Of a stretch of 64,000 nucleotides of DNA, positions 38,522 to 48,288 are shown in pieces. Positions within the stretch are counted from its first letter, which is position 1. The number at the start of each line of letters is the position of its first letter. Position numbers and translations under genes: made by a program. The stretch covers positions 32,001-96,000 of IMG/VR virus record IMGVR_UViG_3300025646_000012. One strand, written 5' to 3'. Source of the stretch: a virus. The notes beneath the pieces are model-generated. The model made no database searches. It saw nothing but the letters and a program-made list of their open reading frames with translations, and was not told where the DNA came from.

Positions 38522-41014
38522 ATGAAATTTTTTACATCTGTAAATCGTTACGGTAGTCAGATTTTGTATTGCGGATATAATGAAAGTGGATACCGCATTG
38601 AAAATAAAGTTCACTTTAAACCAACACTTTTTGTAAAAGCAAATAAACCAACCGAGTGGATTGCACTTGATAACACACCGGTTGAACCAATCCAATTTGA
38701 ATCCATGCGTGAAGCAACCGATTTCATTAATCGGTACGAGGAAGTCGAAGGGTTCAAGGTATATGGTAATACAAATTTTGTTCAACAATTTATTACAGAG
38801 CGCTTTCCCAATGAAATTCCTTGGGACATTAACGATATTAATATTGTCAATTTTGACATTGAGGTTGCATCAGATGATGGTTTTCCACGACCCGAGGAAG
38901 CTTCACAACCTATTATTTCAATTGCATTAAAATCCAGCAAATCATCCATTTATCACGTTTGGGGTCTCGGTGATTATGACTACACCAAATGTGAAGTTGA
39001 AATGTATGGTGATCTAATCCAGTATCATAAATGTGCTACTGAAGAAGAGTTGCTTGCCAGGTTTCACAAATATTGGTGCGATAATCGTCCTGATATTATT
39101 ACCGGTTGGAATTGTAGATTTTTTGACGTTCCATATATTGTAAATCGTATTCGTAAAATTGGATCGGAGGAAGCGGCCAAAAGACTCTCGCCTTGGAATA
39201 GAGTAAATGAAAACAATATTACCGTTCAGAATAAAACAAACTATGGGTATGATATTGTAGGCATTCAACAGGCTGATTATCTAGAACTATTCAAAAAGTT
39301 TGGTTATTCGTATGGTACTCTTGAATCATATAAGCTCGACCACGTGGCTAATGTGGTGCTAGGCGACCGTAAGCTCTCGTACGAAGAGGTTGGTAACCTA
39401 TACACACTGTATCAAACCAACCACCAAAAATTTATTGATTATAACATCAAGGACGTTCAACTTGTGAATCGTCTAGAGGAAAAGATGGGACTTATCAGCC
39501 TTGCTTTGACCATGGCATATAAGGCTGGTGTGAACCTGGAAACCACATTTGGTACAACTGCCATTTGGGATTCAATTATTTACCGTGAGTTGAATAAAAA
39601 GAAAATTGCACTTCCGCCTAATATACACACATCAAAAAGTGATTACCCAGGTGGTTATGTAAAAGATCCGCAGGTGGGTAAACACGAGTGGGTTGTATCA
39701 TTTGACCTTAATTCACTTTATCCAAATCTTATTGTTCAATACAACATGTCGCCTGAAACATTGGTGGGTCAAACAGAGCCAGATAATGTTGATTATTATC
39801 TCATGCTAAATAAAAAGGTTGAAAGTGAATTTGCTGTAGCCGCAAATGGATCTACATATCGTAAGGATTTCCAAGGTATTCTGCCCTTAATCATTGAATC
39901 GTATTATGCCGAGCGGACAACAATTAAAAATGCCATGTTGTCGGCAAAACAAGAGTATGAAAAAAATAAATCAGTTGAATTAGAACGTAAAATCAATCAA
40001 CTTGAAAATCGCCAAATGGCAATTAAAATTCTTTTGAACTCTTTGTATGGTGCTCTTGGTAATCAGCACTTCCGATACTTTGACATTCGTTTGGCAAAAG
40101 GTATTACACTTTCAGGTCAATTGGCAATCCGTTGGGCGGAAAGAGCAATCAATAATGAATTAAATAAAATTCTTAAAACAAATGATTTTGATTATGTTAT
40201 TGCCATTGATACGGATTCGCTATATCTTAATCTAGGTCCGTTAGTTGAAAAACTCAAACCCAAAAATCCAGTTGCTGCATTGGATAAGATTTGTTCCGAA
40301 CATCTTGAAAAAGTTCTATTGGATGCCTATGCCGATTTGTTTGAAAAGACAAATGCATATAAAAACCGGATGGTTATGAAACGTGAATCCATTGCTGACC
40401 GTGGTATCTGGACTGCCAAAAAGAGATATATCCTTAATGTTCATAACAATGAGGGTGTGCAATATGCCGAACCTAAACTTAAGATTATGGGCATTGAGGC
40501 GATTAAATCATCCACACCACAAATCGTCCGAGACAAATTTAAAGATGCCTTTAAAATTATTGTAAATGGATCTGAGGCTGAAACACAAAAGTTTATCCTT
40601 GAATTTAAAAATGAATTTAAACAATATCCTCCACATATGGTTGCATTTCCCCGTGGTGTATCCAATGTGAGTGATTGGTTTGACCGAAAGACAATTTACA
40701 AAAAAGGCACACCAATTCACGTCCGGGGTAGTCTCCTATATAATAACGAGCTGAAACAAAGAGGATTGGATAAAAAAATTATGCCAATCCAAAACGGCGA
40801 AAAAATCAAATTCTGCTATCTTAAAATGCCCAACCCAATCAAGGAAAATATTATCGCCTTTCCTGATTATCTACCTGCGGAATTTAAGCTTGAAAAATAT
40901 GTTGATTATGATACTCAGTTTGAAAAAACATTTATTGAACCACTGAAACTTATTCTGGATGCCATCGGATGGGAAGTAGAACCATCGGCAAGCCTTGACT
41001 CATTCTTTGTATAG
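38522..41014 (+). CDS. gp43: family B DNA polymerase
   Basis: Exo 'FDIE', 'SFDLNSLYP', 'KILLNSLYGALGN', 'IDTDS'. Confidence 0.97.
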   Translation: MKFFTSVNRYGSQILYCGYNESGYRIENKVHFKPTLFVKANKPTEWIALDNTPVEPIQFESMREATDFINRYEEVEGFKVYGNTNFVQQFITERFPNEIPWDINDINIVNFDIEVASDDGFPRPEEASQPIISIALKSSKSSIYHVWGLGDYDYTKCEVEMYGDLIQYHKCATEEELLARFHKYWCDNRPDIITGWNCRFFDVPYIVNRIRKIGSEEAAKRLSPWNRVNENNITVQNKTNYGYDIVGIQQADYLELFKKFGYSYGTLESYKLDHVANVVLGDRKLSYEEVGNLYTLYQTNHQKFIDYNIKDVQLVNRLEEKMGLISLALTMAYKAGVNLETTFGTTAIWDSIIYRELNKKKIALPPNIHTSKSDYPGGYVKDPQVGKHEWVVSFDLNSLYPNLIVQYNMSPETLVGQTEPDNVDYYLMLNKKVESEFAVAANGSTYRKDFQGILPLIIESYYAERTTIKNAMLSAKQEYEKNKSVELERKINQLENRQMAIKILLNSLYGALGNQHFRYFDIRLAKGITLSGQLAIRWAERAINNELNKILKTNDFDYVIAIDTDSLYLNLGPLVEKLKPKNPVAALDKICSEHLEKVLLDAYADLFEKTNAYKNRMVMKRESIADRGIWTAKKRYILNVHNNEGVQYAEPKLKIMGIEAIKSSTPQIVRDKFKDAFKIIVNGSEAETQKFILEFKNEFKQYPPHMVAFPRGVSNVSDWFDRKTIYKKGTPIHVRGSLLYNNELKQRGLDKKIMPIQNGEKIKFCYLKMPNPIKENIIAFPDYLPAEFKLEKYVDYDTQFEKTFIEPLKLILDAIGWEVEPSASLDSFFV

Positions 41015-41022
41015 GAGAAACT

Positions 41023-41316
41023 ATGGAACTCGTTGAAAAAATTGCCCAATGGCACCGTGATCGTAATCTTATTGATGGCAGCACTGATAAGGACCAATAT
41101 ATGAAATTGATCCAAGAGGCAGGTGAACTATCTGATAGCATCTGCAAGGGTAAGGATATCCGTGACGATATTGGTGATATGATGGTTGTTCTTATTAATA
41201 TTATGACCCGCAATAACCTATCCATGGAAGAATGTCTACAGGTTGCCTATGATGATATCAAGGACCGCAAGGGTAGAATGATTGATGGAATTTTTGTAAA
41301 AGAAGCAGATTTGTAG
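41023..41316 (+). CDS. MazG-like NTP pyrophosphohydrolase
   Basis: 'KL.QE.GEL', 'DDIGD', 'AY..IKDRKG....G.FVKE'. Confidence 0.85.
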   Translation: MELVEKIAQWHRDRNLIDGSTDKDQYMKLIQEAGELSDSICKGKDIRDDIGDMMVVLINIMTRNNLSMEECLQVAYDDIKDRKGRMIDGIFVKEADL

Positions 41317-41345
41317 TTTACATTTTTGCTAAATAATATTATAAT
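41317..41345 (+). promoter_or_regulatory. sigma70-like promoter
   Basis: TTTACA-17-TATAAT. Confidence 0.7.
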
Positions 41346-41369
41346 GGATCTATTCAATGTGAGGTTACC

Positions 41370-42314
41370 ATGGATACACAACCAAAATATCCAATTTATA
41401 TCATTTCAAAAGGTCGGGCGGACTCTCGTCTGACCTCAAAAACACTTGAGGAAATCAATGTTCCATATCGGATTGTTATTGAGGAATCCGAATATGATGC
41501 ATATGCAGCGGTCATTGATCCTAAGAAAATCCTAACACTTCCACCTGGGTTTAGAGAAAACCCATTGTATGCACATCCAGATACCGAAGGACGTGTGGGT
41601 GGTTCTATCCCTGCACGAAACTTTGTTTGGGAACACTCAATCAAGGAAGGACATGCACGTCACTGGATTATGGATGATAATATGAGATATTTCTATCGTT
41701 TGAATAGAAATAAAAAACGTCCAGTGACTACAGGTGCCGTCATTCGTGCCGTTGAGGACTTTACTGATCGTTATACCAATGTAAAACAATCTGGTATGAA
41801 CTATGCATTCTTCTGCCCTTCGGATATTAAACGACCACCATACTATCTAAATACTCGTATCTACAGTTGTATTTTAAACTCTAATGATATTTCACATCGT
41901 TGGCGTGGTAAGTATAATGAGGATACCGATCTCAGTATTCGTATTCTAAAAGATGACTGGTGTACATTCCTTTTCAACTTCGCACTTTGTGGTAAAGCCG
42001 CTACACACTCAATGAAAGGTGGTAATACTGAGGAAGTGTATAACGTTGGTAATAAGGATAACTTTGATAATCGTAGGGAATTTGCCGATTCACTTGCGGC
42101 ACAACACCCAGATATTGTAAAGGTTACACAAAAGTGGGGACGTTGGCACCACCAGGTTGATTATACTAAATTTATTCAAAAGCCCATCAAAAAAGAGGGT
42201 CTAAATATCCGTAAAGGTAATAATGAATATGGTATGAAACTTAATAAAATTACCGAGGAACAATATTCTAAAATTTTCTTTAATAATGTAAGAGGAAAAA
42301 ATGGGAGCGAATAA
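41370..42314 (+). CDS. GREB1/TET-associated-type glycosyltransferase (putative DNA base glycosylation)
   Basis: 'YPIYIISKGR', 'ARN..W', 'HWIMDDN', 'YNEDTDL', 'KGGN', 'RWHH.VDY'. Confidence 0.7.
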   Translation: MDTQPKYPIYIISKGRADSRLTSKTLEEINVPYRIVIEESEYDAYAAVIDPKKILTLPPGFRENPLYAHPDTEGRVGGSIPARNFVWEHSIKEGHARHWIMDDNMRYFYRLNRNKKRPVTTGAVIRAVEDFTDRYTNVKQSGMNYAFFCPSDIKRPPYYLNTRIYSCILNSNDISHRWRGKYNEDTDLSIRILKDDWCTFLFNFALCGKAATHSMKGGNTEEVYNVGNKDNFDNRREFADSLAAQHPDIVKVTQKWGRWHHQVDYTKFIQKPIKKEGLNIRKGNNEYGMKLNKITEEQYSKIFFNNVRGKNGSE

Positions 42315-42597
42315 CGTTGATAAAGTATCCCAAAATCTATTTTTGATTTTGGATGATGAAGATAATACCACGCCGTATGATTGGGATGATATGCCTGAGT
42401 TTGTCCAAGAGGATAAAGAGGCATTTGAAGAGGTTACGGTTCGATTCCGCACTAAAGAGGATCTTGAGGCTTTTGCCAAATTGGTGGATCAACTTAATAT
42501 TATACCACCTCGGAAACGTAAGAAATCAATTTGGTATCCAGCCATTGATCGTAATGCAAATAGTCTACTATTCTGGGTGGATGAAACCGAAGAATAA
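42301..42597 (+). CDS. small acidic partner of the glycosyltransferase
   Basis: 'W..MPEF.Q', 'V.F....D...F', 'SIWYP'; overlaps the GT gene. Confidence 0.6.
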   Translation: MGANNVDKVSQNLFLILDDEDNTTPYDWDDMPEFVQEDKEAFEEVTVRFRTKEDLEAFAKLVDQLNIIPPRKRKKSIWYPAIDRNANSLLFWVDETEE

Positions 42598-42617
42598 TTC
42601 GGATTGAATTTTATATT

Positions 42618-43550
42618 ATGTATAGTATAACGATCTTTAAAAACATGTATGATAACAAGACGCATCGTCGTCTTGATATTGATTCTTGGGATCAATTTAC
42701 TAATTTTCTGTATAAACTATCACAGAGACCATTGAAAGGTAAAAAGGATGCGGAACTTATTTCTCCGGCTACTTATCAGATTGGAACCACACGGGCAAAC
42801 AAAAATGTTATTGCTTGGGCAGGTTGGGCTGCTATTGATGTTGATAATCATGTTTTTCATGGGGATTTAAAAAATGAACTTTGTTCTAGGTTTGGTGATT
42901 GGGATTACATTTGTTATTCAACAGCTAGCAGTAATGAAGTACATCCAAAGTTCCGACTTGTTTTCCGACTTGAGAGAGATGTTAAGGGATCGGAGATTAA
43001 ACATTTCTGGTATGCACTTAACACAGCACTTGATTCAATCGGAGATAGACAAACTAAGACCTTTTCAAGAATGTATTACATCCCTGCGAAATATGCTGAT
43101 GCTTACAATTTTTTCTTCACTAATACTGGCCGGCCTATTGCTGTCGATGATCTTTTAGATAAGTATCCCTACGAAGATAAATCTACCAAAAACTTTCTTG
43201 ATAGATTACCAGACGAATGGCGCAGACAGATTATTGAACATCGTAAATCGGCAATGGAAAATACCAGTATCTATTGGAATGGTTATCAGGATTGCCCATT
43301 TATAAACAAAAAGATTATTAGAGACTGGAATTCAATTGCTACCATTGATGGCACCGGTCGTTATGGTATGCTATATAAGATTATGGTGTCCATTGCAATG
43401 AATGCAATTAAAGAGAATTATCCTATTACATCCCAACAAATAGTGACCTTAATTCGGCAATTGGATATGGATACATCACGTAAATATGAAAACCGAGCCT
43501 TGGATGTTGAGGCTGAAAACGCATTGGAGTATGCATATAGAAATGTATAG
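42618..43550 (+). CDS. primase-polymerase (AEP)-like protein
   Basis: 'AIDVD', 'YSTAS....PKFRLVF.L', 'SRMYY.P'. Confidence 0.55.
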   Translation: MYSITIFKNMYDNKTHRRLDIDSWDQFTNFLYKLSQRPLKGKKDAELISPATYQIGTTRANKNVIAWAGWAAIDVDNHVFHGDLKNELCSRFGDWDYICYSTASSNEVHPKFRLVFRLERDVKGSEIKHFWYALNTALDSIGDRQTKTFSRMYYIPAKYADAYNFFFTNTGRPIAVDDLLDKYPYEDKSTKNFLDRLPDEWRRQIIEHRKSAMENTSIYWNGYQDCPFINKKIIRDWNSIATIDGTGRYGMLYKIMVSIAMNAIKENYPITSQQIVTLIRQLDMDTSRKYENRALDVEAENALEYAYRNV

Positions 43551-43564
43551 GATTAATATTAAAA

Positions 43565-44272
43565 ATGAATCGTTATATTTTTGATATAGATGGAACTTTA
43601 ACACCATCAAGAGGTATCATAGATCCGGATTTTAAAAATTGGATGCTGGATTTTGCTAGTAAAAATCCAGTTTATTTAGTTACTGGTAGTGATAAAATAA
43701 AAACGCTTGAGCAAATTGGTACCTCTCTATATAATTTATGTCAGAAGGTTTATCAATGTTCCGGTAATGATGTTTGGGAAAAAGATAATAATCTTTATAC
43801 AAACTCATTCAATATGGAAGAACATCTTTTAAAAGATTTAAAAAGAATTTTAAAGGATAGTAAATTTTATAAGAAAACAGGTAATCATATAGAAATACGA
43901 CCTGGACTTTGCAATTTTAGTATTCTCGGCCGAGGGGCAACACTGGAAGATAGAGCTATGTACAAGCAGTGGGACGAGCATAAAAATGAAAGAGAAAAAA
44001 TTGTATTTACATTAACTAAAATATATGATAAAATATATGATATTAAAGTTGCTGGGGAAACCGGAATTGATATTGTTATGAAAGGTTTTGATAAATCACA
44101 AATTATTCAAGATTTCAGCCCGCATGATAAAGTAATTTTTTTTGGTGATAAAATGAATCCAGATGGCAACGATTACACCCTTGCTTTGGAAACTATAAAT
44201 TCTGGTGGTGATATCCATCATATTAAAAATTGGCAAGAAACTTGGTCTATTCTAAGGAAATATGTGCAATGA
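43565..44272 (+). CDS. HAD-family phosphomannomutase-like enzyme
   Basis: 'FDIDGTLT', 'VTGSD', 'IE.R.G..NFS..GR', 'FFGDK...GNDY'. Confidence 0.8.
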   Translation: MNRYIFDIDGTLTPSRGIIDPDFKNWMLDFASKNPVYLVTGSDKIKTLEQIGTSLYNLCQKVYQCSGNDVWEKDNNLYTNSFNMEEHLLKDLKRILKDSKFYKKTGNHIEIRPGLCNFSILGRGATLEDRAMYKQWDEHKNEREKIVFTLTKIYDKIYDIKVAGETGIDIVMKGFDKSQIIQDFSPHDKVIFFGDKMNPDGNDYTLALETINSGGDIHHIKNWQETWSILRKYVQ

Positions 44273-44685
44273 AAATTGGTATTACATTTTCAACTTTTGA
44301 TTTACTTCACGCTGGTCATGTGGCAATGCTTCGTGAAGCAAAAACCGTTTGTGATTATCTAATTTGCGGTCTCCAAGTAGATCCATCACTTGATAGACCA
44401 GAGAAAAATAAACCCGTACAAACATTGGTTGAGCGCTATGTTCAACTATCAGGTGTAAAATATGTCGATGAAATTATTTGCTACCAATCAGAAGCAGATG
44501 TTGTTGACATCTTGGAAATGTTTAATATTGACGTAAAAATTATGGGCTCTGAATATAGAGATAAGGATTTTACCGGCAAAGATGTTTGTAAACGTAAAGG
44601 TATTCAATTATATTTTAATAATAGAGCACACAGATTCAGTTCAAGTGATCTAAGGAAAAGAGTAGCGGAAGGGGAAAACAAATGA
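44269..44685 (+). CDS. cytidylyltransferase (TagD-like)
   Basis: 'FDLLHAGH' HxGH motif, 'R.H..SSS.LR'. Confidence 0.85.
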   Translation: MKIGITFSTFDLLHAGHVAMLREAKTVCDYLICGLQVDPSLDRPEKNKPVQTLVERYVQLSGVKYVDEIICYQSEADVVDILEMFNIDVKIMGSEYRDKDFTGKDVCKRKGIQLYFNNRAHRFSSSDLRKRVAEGENK

Positions 44686-44861
44686 CTGAAGGTCCTTTTA
44701 AAAACGCGTTTGACGCAGATATTAGAGGTGTTGTTCGTAGGGAAATTGTAACCTACAGAAAACTACCAAATGGTTATATGAGTAAAGAAGTTACGGTTCG
44801 TGATTATTATGAAAGTGGTGATTATCACGATTCACAAACAACATTAATTCTAACAAAATAA
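44682..44861 (+). CDS. 59-aa hypothetical protein (not in ORF track)
   Basis: ATGA-coupled to upstream gene; MTEGPFKNAFDADIRGVVRREIVTY...; fills the gap before the next promoter. Confidence 0.6.
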   Translation: MTEGPFKNAFDADIRGVVRREIVTYRKLPNGYMSKEVTVRDYYESGDYHDSQTTLILTK

Positions 44862-44864
44862 GTA

Positions 44865-44893
44865 TTTACAACAATGTATATTTGTGATAGAAT
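44865..44893 (+). promoter_or_regulatory. sigma70-like promoter
   Basis: TTTACA-17-TAGAAT with TG extension. Confidence 0.65.
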
Positions 44894-44919
44894 ACCTATA
44901 TCACAACAAGGAATCCATT

Positions 44920-45879
44920 ATGTTTAAAATTGCAATTACCGGCGGTGCCGGGTTTATCGCTTTTCATTTGGCACAAAGTTTGCATGCAGATGGGCATGAA
45001 GTGATTGGTCTTGATAATTTTAATGATTATTATGATCCAGCACTTAAACGTGCTAGAGCCAGAAAACTTGCCGAAATTGGAATTGGTATTGCCAAATGTG
45101 ATCTAAAAGATAAGAGTGATGTTCATGATTTTATGAAACTACATCATCCTGATCTTGTGATCCATCTTGGTGCTTATGCTGGTGTTCGTCACTCACTAGA
45201 AAATCCACAAGTATACATTGATAATAATATTACCGGAACACAAAATCTTATTGATGCATGTACCGCAAATAATGTTCAACACGTAGTTTATGCTTCAACT
45301 TCTTGTACCATGGCTGGTAATCAATTGCCTTGGAAAGAGGATGAAAAAACCGGCTACCAATTGAATCCGTATGGTTATTCCAAATCCACAAACGAATGTC
45401 AGTTTATGGCAAGTACTCTCAAAAATGCTATCGGACTTCGTTTCTTTACGGTTTACGGTCCTTGGGGTAGACCAGATATGGCTCTATTCACATTTACTAA
45501 AAACATTGTGGATGGTAAGCCAATCACTCTATATAATAACGGCGATATGATTCGTGATTTTACATATGTTGATGATATTGTCCAAGGTATTAAAATTGTC
45601 ACATATCGTTGCCTTGACCAAAATAATGCTGGTGAAAAAGAAATTTATAATATTGGCTATGGTGATAAAGTTCCACTTATGGAATTTGTTGATCACATTG
45701 AAAAGAATCTAGGTCGGACTGCAATCAAGGATTATGCTCCTATGCATCCTGCTGATACACAAGCTACCTGGTCAGATACAACTAAACTACAGAAATTGGG
45801 TTATAAACCAACTACCGATATTGCAACTGGTGTTGAAAGGTTTGTTACCTGGTATAAATCTTATTACGGAGTAAATTAA
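44920..45879 (+). CDS. NAD-dependent nucleotide-sugar epimerase (UDP-glucuronate 4-epimerase-like)
   Basis: 'TGGAGFI', 'AGVRHSLENP', YxxxK 'YGYSK', 'RFFTVYGPWGRPDMA'. Confidence 0.88.
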   Translation: MFKIAITGGAGFIAFHLAQSLHADGHEVIGLDNFNDYYDPALKRARARKLAEIGIGIAKCDLKDKSDVHDFMKLHHPDLVIHLGAYAGVRHSLENPQVYIDNNITGTQNLIDACTANNVQHVVYASTSCTMAGNQLPWKEDEKTGYQLNPYGYSKSTNECQFMASTLKNAIGLRFFTVYGPWGRPDMALFTFTKNIVDGKPITLYNNGDMIRDFTYVDDIVQGIKIVTYRCLDQNNAGEKEIYNIGYGDKVPLMEFVDHIEKNLGRTAIKDYAPMHPADTQATWSDTTKLQKLGYKPTTDIATGVERFVTWYKSYYGVN

Positions 45880-46712
45880 TGAAACTCGGAATTGTCGGTC
45901 ACGGATTTGTTGGTAAAGCAGTTGATTATGGATTTTCACATCCATTGGTAGAAAAGTTTTATGTAGATCCTAATTATAATACCACCATTGATGATTTAAT
46001 TAAATGGGAACCTAACGTTGCATTTATCTGTGCACCAACACCCATGCTTCCAAATGGTGCAGTTGATGCTACAATTGTACAAGATGCAGTATTGAAACTA
46101 GCACAGCATACTCAATGTTTGATTATTATCAAATCAACTGTAACTCCTAGTATTATCAAAAATCTTATGGTCACGCTTAAATTTAAAGAACTTGAACATA
46201 GAGTAGTATATAATCCTGAGTTCCTTACAGAGAAAAATGCATTTGCAGAATTTGTACATCCTGATGTTCACATTTTTGGTGGGACTCCAGAAGCAAATAA
46301 TGCCGCTGTAACAATCTATAAACTCTTTTCCATGTGTAATATGGATAATATTTTCTTTACAGCCCCTGTTGAAGCATCATTTATCAAGTATGCAATCAAT
46401 ACCTACCTTGCAACCAAGGTAACGTTCTTCAATCAGCTCTACGATGCTGCAAGTGAACTAGGCGCAGGGTTCAACAATATCATTATGGGTATGGAACAAG
46501 ATCCAAGGATCGGTAGTTCCCATATGAGAGTACCTGGTTTTGATGGTAAACGTGGATTTGGTGGTGCTTGTTTCCCAAAAGATACCGCTGCATTCTCAAA
46601 GGAATTTAAAGGGTTTACAATGCTGCAAGAAGTGATTAAAATTAATAATCAATATCGTCAGCAATATGAACTTGATGATAGAGAAATTGCACAAAATATT
46701 AAATTTGGTTGA
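45879..46712 (+). CDS. ugd: UDP-glucose 6-dehydrogenase-like protein (short form)
   Basis: 'G.GFVG', 'IKSTV', 'NPEFL.E', 'KY..N.YLA.KV.F.N', 'GFGGACFPKD'. Confidence 0.85.
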   Translation: MKLGIVGHGFVGKAVDYGFSHPLVEKFYVDPNYNTTIDDLIKWEPNVAFICAPTPMLPNGAVDATIVQDAVLKLAQHTQCLIIIKSTVTPSIIKNLMVTLKFKELEHRVVYNPEFLTEKNAFAEFVHPDVHIFGGTPEANNAAVTIYKLFSMCNMDNIFFTAPVEASFIKYAINTYLATKVTFFNQLYDAASELGAGFNNIIMGMEQDPRIGSSHMRVPGFDGKRGFGGACFPKDTAAFSKEFKGFTMLQEVIKINNQYRQQYELDDREIAQNIKFG

Positions 46713-46723
46713 AGGGATAAATT

Positions 46724-47779
46724 ATGAGTATTATGGACAAACTAAAAAAGAATAGTAAGGTAAAAGAGACCTCTGTTCTATCTGAATCCAAATTCTTTAA
46801 TGAAAAGGATATGGTTCAAACCGATGTGCCTATGATTAACGTGGCTCTATCTGGTTCCGTTGATGGAGGTCTATCATCTGGGCTTACTGTTCTTGCAGGT
46901 CCATCGAAACACTTTAAAACATCATTTGCCCTTCTTATGGCTGCAGCATATTTGAATAAGTATTCTGATGCTGTTATGCTTTTTTATGATTCAGAATTCG
47001 GTTCACCGCAATCTTATTTCCAACAATTTGGTATTGATACGGCACGTGTGCTTCATACACCGGTTACTAATGTTGAGGAACTAAAGTTTGATATTATCGG
47101 TCAATTGGAACAATTGGATCGTAAAGATAATGTAATTATTGTTATTGATTCTATTGGTAACTTGGCATCCAAAAAAGAACTTGAGGATGCAATCAATGAA
47201 AAATCGGTTGCGGATATGTCTCGTGCAAAGGCTCTGAAAGGTCTTTTCCGTATGTGCACACCATATCTGACTATGAAAAACATTCCGCTTATTGCAATTA
47301 ATCACACATATAAAGAAATTGGTTTGTTTCCTAAAGATATTGTATCTGGTGGTACTGGTATCTATTATTCAGCGGATAATATTTGGATCCTTGGTCGTCA
47401 ACAAGATAAACAGGGCACTGAAATCAAAGGTTATCACTTTGTGATTAACGTAGAGAAATCTCGTTATGTAAAAGAAAAATCCAAGATTCCTATCTCTGTT
47501 TCTTGGGAAGGTGGTGTTCAACGTTGGTCTGGATTGCTTGAGGTTGCAATTGCAGGACAATATGTTGCCAAACCTTCCAATGGTTGGTATCAACACGTTG
47601 ACCGAGAAACAGGTGAGCTTACTGGTCAAAAATACAGAGAAAAAGATACTCTTACCGAAGAGTTCTGGCAACCAATTATGACTGGAACAGATTTTAAGGA
47701 ATTCCTAAAGAAACAATACTCAATTGGTTATCAATCTCTAATTGATATGGATTCCATTGTTGAGGAGATTGATGAATGA
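46724..47779 (+). CDS. uvsX: RecA-like recombinase UvsX
   Basis: 'AGPSKHFKT', 'YDSEFG', 'DSIGNLAS', 'SGGTG..YSA'. Confidence 0.95.
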   Translation: MSIMDKLKKNSKVKETSVLSESKFFNEKDMVQTDVPMINVALSGSVDGGLSSGLTVLAGPSKHFKTSFALLMAAAYLNKYSDAVMLFYDSEFGSPQSYFQQFGIDTARVLHTPVTNVEELKFDIIGQLEQLDRKDNVIIVIDSIGNLASKKELEDAINEKSVADMSRAKALKGLFRMCTPYLTMKNIPLIAINHTYKEIGLFPKDIVSGGTGIYYSADNIWILGRQQDKQGTEIKGYHFVINVEKSRYVKEKSKIPISVSWEGGVQRWSGLLEVAIAGQYVAKPSNGWYQHVDRETGELTGQKYREKDTLTEEFWQPIMTGTDFKEFLKKQYSIGYQSLIDMDSIVEEIDE

Positions 47780-48027
47780 TTGAGTGTATGCTTTTAGCAG
47801 GATTATGGTATATAGCCGGTACTGATATTAATGGTGATAGATATTTTGTTAATATTGATATGATTGTATCTGCAACTCAGAATATGAGTATTAGTGATAT
47901 AGGAGGATCATCTAGAACTATTATTCAAACATTAAATGGCACTATTGTCGAAGATTTGGATATTTTGGATGTAGCTATTGGTATTTCAAGGTGCGAGGAT
48001 TTATATAATGAACTTAATGGAGAATAA
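47776..48027 (+). CDS. hypothetical protein
   Basis: ATGA-coupled ORF between uvsX and the gp40-like gene. Confidence 0.5.
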   Translation: MIECMLLAGLWYIAGTDINGDRYFVNIDMIVSATQNMSISDIGGSSRTIIQTLNGTIVEDLDILDVAIGISRCEDLYNELNGE

Positions 48028-48286
48028 AGACTATCAATATATTCCTGTAAATAGAGATGGTAAAGAATCATGGGATATTCGTATTCTTGAAGGTGACTTT
48101 GTCGAAACAGTATTCTATTTTGATAAATTACAGGTAGCAGAAGATGGCGAACATCTGAAATTTAATTTCCATATTGTATCAACACCAAACCCTGATCTAA
48201 ATGAGGACGACCAGGGTTTACAAGAATATGCTGGTATGGTATTATATAGTATATTAGAAAATTCAATACCAATGGATAAAGAATAA
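48008..48286 (+). CDS. gp40-like protein
   Basis: Acidic small protein at the T4 gp40 position between uvsX and gp41. Confidence 0.55.
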   Translation: MNLMENKDYQYIPVNRDGKESWDIRILEGDFVETVFYFDKLQVAEDGEHLKFNFHIVSTPNPDLNEDDQGLQEYAGMVLYSILENSIPMDKE

Positions 48287-48288
48287 GA

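Noticed and set aside
38522-41014. Intron, intein or split in DNA polymerase (also checked terminase, helicase, uvsX)
   Set aside because: The ORFs are continuous and of normal length, with no intein or homing endonuclease motifs seen.
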